Positions 59,763 to 64,000 of a stretch of 64,000 bases of DNA are shown here, one piece after another. A program made the position numbers and the translations under genes. The DNA comes from Macrostomum lignano (taxonomy: Eukaryota): the NCBI GenBank assembly GCA_002269645.1, contig NIVC01000658.1, positions 186,001-250,000 on the forward strand, in the 5' to 3' direction. The number at the start of each line of letters is the position of its first letter. Position 1 is the stretch's first letter. The notes under the pieces were generated by a model. The model was not told the DNA's origin and did not search any database. It saw only the letters and a program-made list of their open reading frames with translations.

Positions 59763-61319
59763 GTCTGCCTATCTGGCTGTCTGTCTGTCTGTCTGATTCT
59801 GGCTGTCTGTCTGACTCTGTCTGCCTATCTGGCTGTCTGTCTGTCTGTCTGTCTGTCTAACTCTGGCTGTCTGTCTGACTCTGTCTGCCTATCTGGCTGT
59901 CTGTCAGTCTCAAATTCGTCCGTTTGCCAAATTTCGCAACGTAAACATCGCCGTATTCAGCAGGATCGCCGGTGACTGCCATAAGCCGACTGCCTGGCGC
60001 AGCGGCTGGTTCCGCCGCCACCTCCATCTGCGACTGTCTGCTGCTTCTGCCGAATGCCCTGTTGGCCGTTGCCGCTTTTGACTACCTGGCTGGAGCCTCG
60101 TTTCTGCAGGGTAAGCCGCTGCGCTTTGAATGAGAAGATTAAGGTACAAGTTGTTGCTAAGTGGCAGTCAGAAATATGAATTAAGGTTGTAAGAGCTCCG
60201 ACTGTAGATACGTCAGAGATAGGCGCTGGTTGACATGTAAATTGGTTAGTCTAATAAAGACTAACAAGCCAGCATGGTACGTTAAAAAACAAAGCATTTT
60301 AAGTTTTGCTGATCCCTAATAATAATAATAATAATAATTGATTACACCTGCCTTAATGGGCAGATGTGCAACCGACAGCTCTCACGGAGGGTCGCCACAC
60401 ACACACCCTCAATTACAGTATCCCAGCTAATGCTGGCACTCATTTTACAGCTGAGTGAACTGAAGCAATGCAGAGATTAAAGTGCCTTGCTCAAGGACAC
60501 AACTTGTTCCGGGTGGGTCGAGAATCGAACCCCCGACCTTTCAGTCGTGGTTCCAACGCTTTGACCACTAGGCTACAACCCCTGATCTCTATGTGTGCTG
60601 CTCTGTTTAATTTCTTCAAATCAGCTTGTTTTAGCCTGCACTGCTAATTTTAGTTCAGGCCGCAGCAGATGGGAAACCGTAGATTAATGATTACCTGCTG
60701 GAGACAGGGCTCATAGCAAGGCTGTGCGTGTTTGACCGGCGTTGCGCGGTAAACAGCTCCCTGTTGTTGCATTTCTGCTCTTTGCTCAAAAACACGGCTG
60801 ACTGCTTGTTAAGCCGCTGTAATTATTGTTATTTTTTTGGGGGGGGGGGGAGGAAACGTGGCGAGAAGTGCGCGATTTTTTGCCCGAATGGGGCACGACG
60901 CAGTCACAGATCTGAGAAGCTGGATTTGGGGAGGAGCTCAGCTGTAAATCAAATTGTAGTACTGTGCGTCATCAGCCTTTTTTAAGCTTGGATAATGACC
61001 TAATTATCCAAGACTGAGAAATGATTCAATTCCTGCACTGAATCTTAAGTCGAATTCCCCACCCAAACGAGTCGACTATCAAACCCTTGAATCCACAGTG
61101 TTCGACGCCGAATCCCTTGCCAGCCTGGGGAAGACCGATTCCAACCACAGCGGCTTGTCTATCGGCAGAATCCTTTGTCTAGCGGCCATCAATTCCGGCA
61201 ATAGCGGCCCCGGAGACTCGGCATTCACACTGATTTCTGGAGGCGATCGAGCACTGCTTTGGACTTTCTCTTATGCCGCCTGCCACAAGTCATCCGGCAG
61301 ACTGGCACTTATTGCGTGA
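53617..61319 (+). CDS. WD40-repeat protein with an N-terminal coiled segment and a 14-aa tandem-repeat linker, 7 exons, ~638 aa
   Basis: join(53617..53733,53830..53888,54085..54920,55709..55935,58178..58487,59964..60110,61099..61319) = 1917 nt, GT-AG and phase-consistent. WD repeats GHSDIIFST..VTAGRDTSVQVY; GHAQAVNVA..VTGSEDATVRIW; LTGSSSGKLELWD; GRILCLA..LISGGDRALLW. N-terminus IRKYSKKLRQIERL..LNEEEQSKVSKK. Confidence 0.82.
55030..55453. mobile_element. ~420-bp MITE with P-like termini in WD40 gene intron 3
   Basis: Left CACAGATACTAGAATAACTAG, right (reverse complement) CATAGACACTAGAATAACTAG; flanks AACTATCC (55022-55029) / ACCTATCC (55454-55461), 7 of 8 matching. Confidence 0.75.
55985..56830. 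repeat. 21-23 bp minisatellite (CTCTAACTGAGATCCTACACT) in WD40 gene intron 4
   Basis: Direct read. Confidence 0.95.
57655..58092. repeat. 20-bp purine-rich minisatellite (GAGTGACAGGAGAGAGGGCG), about 21 copies, in intron 4
   Basis: Direct read. Confidence 0.96.
58510..59905. repeat. (TGTC)n-derived compound repeat with recurring CGTCTTACTGCC cassette, filling intron 5
   Basis: Direct read. It explains ORFs 58470..59975 and 58498..59796 and the tail of 58079..59860. Confidence 0.96.
60317..60581 (-). mobile_element. Full-length tRNA-derived CORE-type SINE in WD40 gene intron 6
   Basis: On the minus strand: GGGTTGTAGCCTAGTGG (A box), GGTTCGATTCT (B box), TGTGTCCTTGAGCAAGGCACTT core and a (TTA)n tail. 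Flanking direct repeat CTGATCCC (60309-60316) / CTGATCTC (60582-60589). Confidence 0.9.
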
Positions 61320-61369
61320 GAAAAAACTTCTGTTTGATTTTTTGCTAAACGACGTCTTTTCACTATAAA

Positions 61370-62190
61370 TTTTACACCCACCCCCACTCACCCTGCCTCA
61401 GTTAAATTCTACACCCACCCCCACTCACCCTGCCTCAGTTAAATTCTACACCCACCCACTCTGCCAGCATCAGTTGAATGCTACACCCACCCACTTCGCC
61501 AGCCTCAGTTAAATTCTACACCCACCCCACTCTGCCAGCATCAGTTGAATGCTACACCCACCCACTTCGCCAGCCTCAGTTAAATTCTACACCCACCCCA
61601 CTCTGCCAGCATCAGTTGAATGCTACACCCACCCACTTCGCCAGCCTCAGTTAAATTCTACACCCACCCCACTCCTCCAGCATCAGTTAAGTTCTACACC
61701 CACCCCACTTCGCCAGCCTCACTGCCTCAGTTAAATTTTACACCCGCCCCACTCCCCCAGCATCAGTTAAATTCTACACCCACCCCACTCTCCCAGCATT
61801 AGTTGAATTTTACACCCACCCCACTCTGCCAGCATCAGTGAATTCTACACCCACCCCACTCTGCCAGCATCAGTGAATTCTACACCCACCCCACTCTGCC
61901 CAGCATCAGTGAATTCTACACCCACCCCACTCTGCCAGCATCAGTGAATTCTACACCCACCCCACTCTGCCCAGCATCAGTGAATTCTACACCCACCCCA
62001 CTCTGCCAGCCTTGGTTGAATTCTACACCCACCCCACTCTGCCAGCATCAGTGAATTCTACACCCACCCCACTCTGCCAGCATCAGTGAATTCTACACCC
62101 ACCCCACTCTGTTAGTTGAATTCTACACCCACCCCACTTCGGCAGCCTCAGTTAAATTCTACACTCACCCCATTCGGCCAGTCTCAGTAA
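61370..62190. repeat. 35-39 bp minisatellite (AATTCTACACCCACCCCACTCTGCCAGCATCAGTG)
   Basis: Direct read; begins ~50 bp after the WD40 stop codon. Confidence 0.95.
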
Positions 62191-62596
62191 AATTTCACTC
62201 TATCGACTTTTTTATGTTTATTATCCAACAAATTACCTTAATTAAACGTAAAAACAGTAAAAACTTTATGAACTAATATAGCAACCTTTCTGCTAAAAAG
62301 CGTCAGGACTACTCTTAGTATCTGCCCGAACAATATCCTTGAGTTTTTCTGCTAACTTGTTTCCCTTCGAGTGGACAAAAAAGGTGACGCGCGCTTGTGT
62401 TTATCCATTTTCGATAGCAGATTAGCAGCTGAGTTCTTTCGCTAAGGCCGGCCGGGTGTCACATGACTGCGAGTTGTGTAGCCATCGTCTTCTTGTCCTG
62501 CTTGTTCTAATTTGAGACACAGAAAGTAGCCAGTTAATTGACGAGGCCTCTCCTTACAGTTATTGCCGTTGCATCTATTCAATATCTACTGTGTAT

Positions 62597-63279
<683 letters not shown>

Positions 63280-63769
63280 ATGTGTGTGTCTGTCTGTCTC
63301 TCAGTTTCGCAAACGCCGAGCCCTATTTCACCTTTTCACGTACCCCCAGTTGCAATCTTTTAGCTTAAAAAAGTGCAGCCCTTAGTTTGTCTGGGCGCTA
63401 TTGAGTGAGGCAGGAGAGACCGGCACAGTTGTGCGCTCGCATCTCATAATTGTTTTGCTAGTTACGCGCAGATAAATAGCAATTACTCGTATATTAATGC
63501 CGACAGGAATGGTGGCAGAAGACTTTCTGTTACATCAAATCTAATTTATAAATACGAGCGTATATCTATGCGCTTCCATCACACGAAACAAGAAATAGTC
63601 CGTGAAATTCTAGTTAAAATTTCCATTGTTTCTATTTTTTAACGTCTGACTTTTCAAAACTCAATTTCCACTTTTATGCGTACTCAAAATTAACATTTAT
63701 TAGTGCGGCACCTCCTGGGATTTTACAGTACTTCCACGTCGAGCTTAATGTCTCCTAGGACAGGGTATC

Positions 63770-64000
63770 CATACCTCCCAATACCTCCCAAGATTCCCCA
63801 ATACCTCCCAATATTCCCCAATCCTTCCCACTGTTCCCCAATACCTCCCAAGATTCCCCAATCCCTCCGAAGATTCCTCAATACTTCCTAAGATTCCCCA
63901 ATACCTCCCAATATTCCCCAATCCCTCCCACTGTTCCCCAATACCTCCCAAGATTCCCCAATCACTCCGAAGATTTCTCAATACTTCCTAAGATTCCCCA
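63770..64000. repeat. ~20-bp minisatellite (ATACCTCCCAAGATTCCCCA), runs off the window end
   Basis: Direct read. Confidence 0.92.

Noticed and set aside
60655-60750. Additional WD40 exon candidate
   Set aside because: The phase-1 acceptors tried here lead to stops, and the direct 60110-61099 splice gives a sensible LQVFD WD-repeat end.

Overview
Repeat-dense animal DNA. Short GC-rich exons separated by minisatellite-filled introns suggest a free-living flatworm such as Macrostomum; this is an inference from style, not a database match. Host genes I could reconstruct with phase-consistent splice sites are: the last exon of CFAP77 (+), an intronless DEG/ENaC channel (+), a possible tail-anchored low-complexity protein (+), SUGP1/SF4 (7 exons, +), MRPL10 (3 exons found, first exon missing, +), a small secreted single-WSC-domain protein (2 exons, -) and a 7-exon WD40 protein (+). 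Mobile DNA includes a very young Mag-type Ty3/Gypsy LTR element inserted into the terminal repeat of a palindromic MITE, a four-level nest of DNA transposons whose outermost member is a decayed P element (THAP and transposase relics), a decayed piggyBac transposase, two more 8-bp-TSD MITEs and tRNA-derived CORE-type SINEs. About 20 unrelated tandem arrays (4-46 bp units) fill intergenic space and most large introns. One 23-bp satellite occurs as two arrays in opposite orientation bracketing the last (G-patch) exon of SUGP1. No CRISPR array, rRNA or intact tRNA gene was seen. Most long ORFs in the supplied track are translations of repeats.
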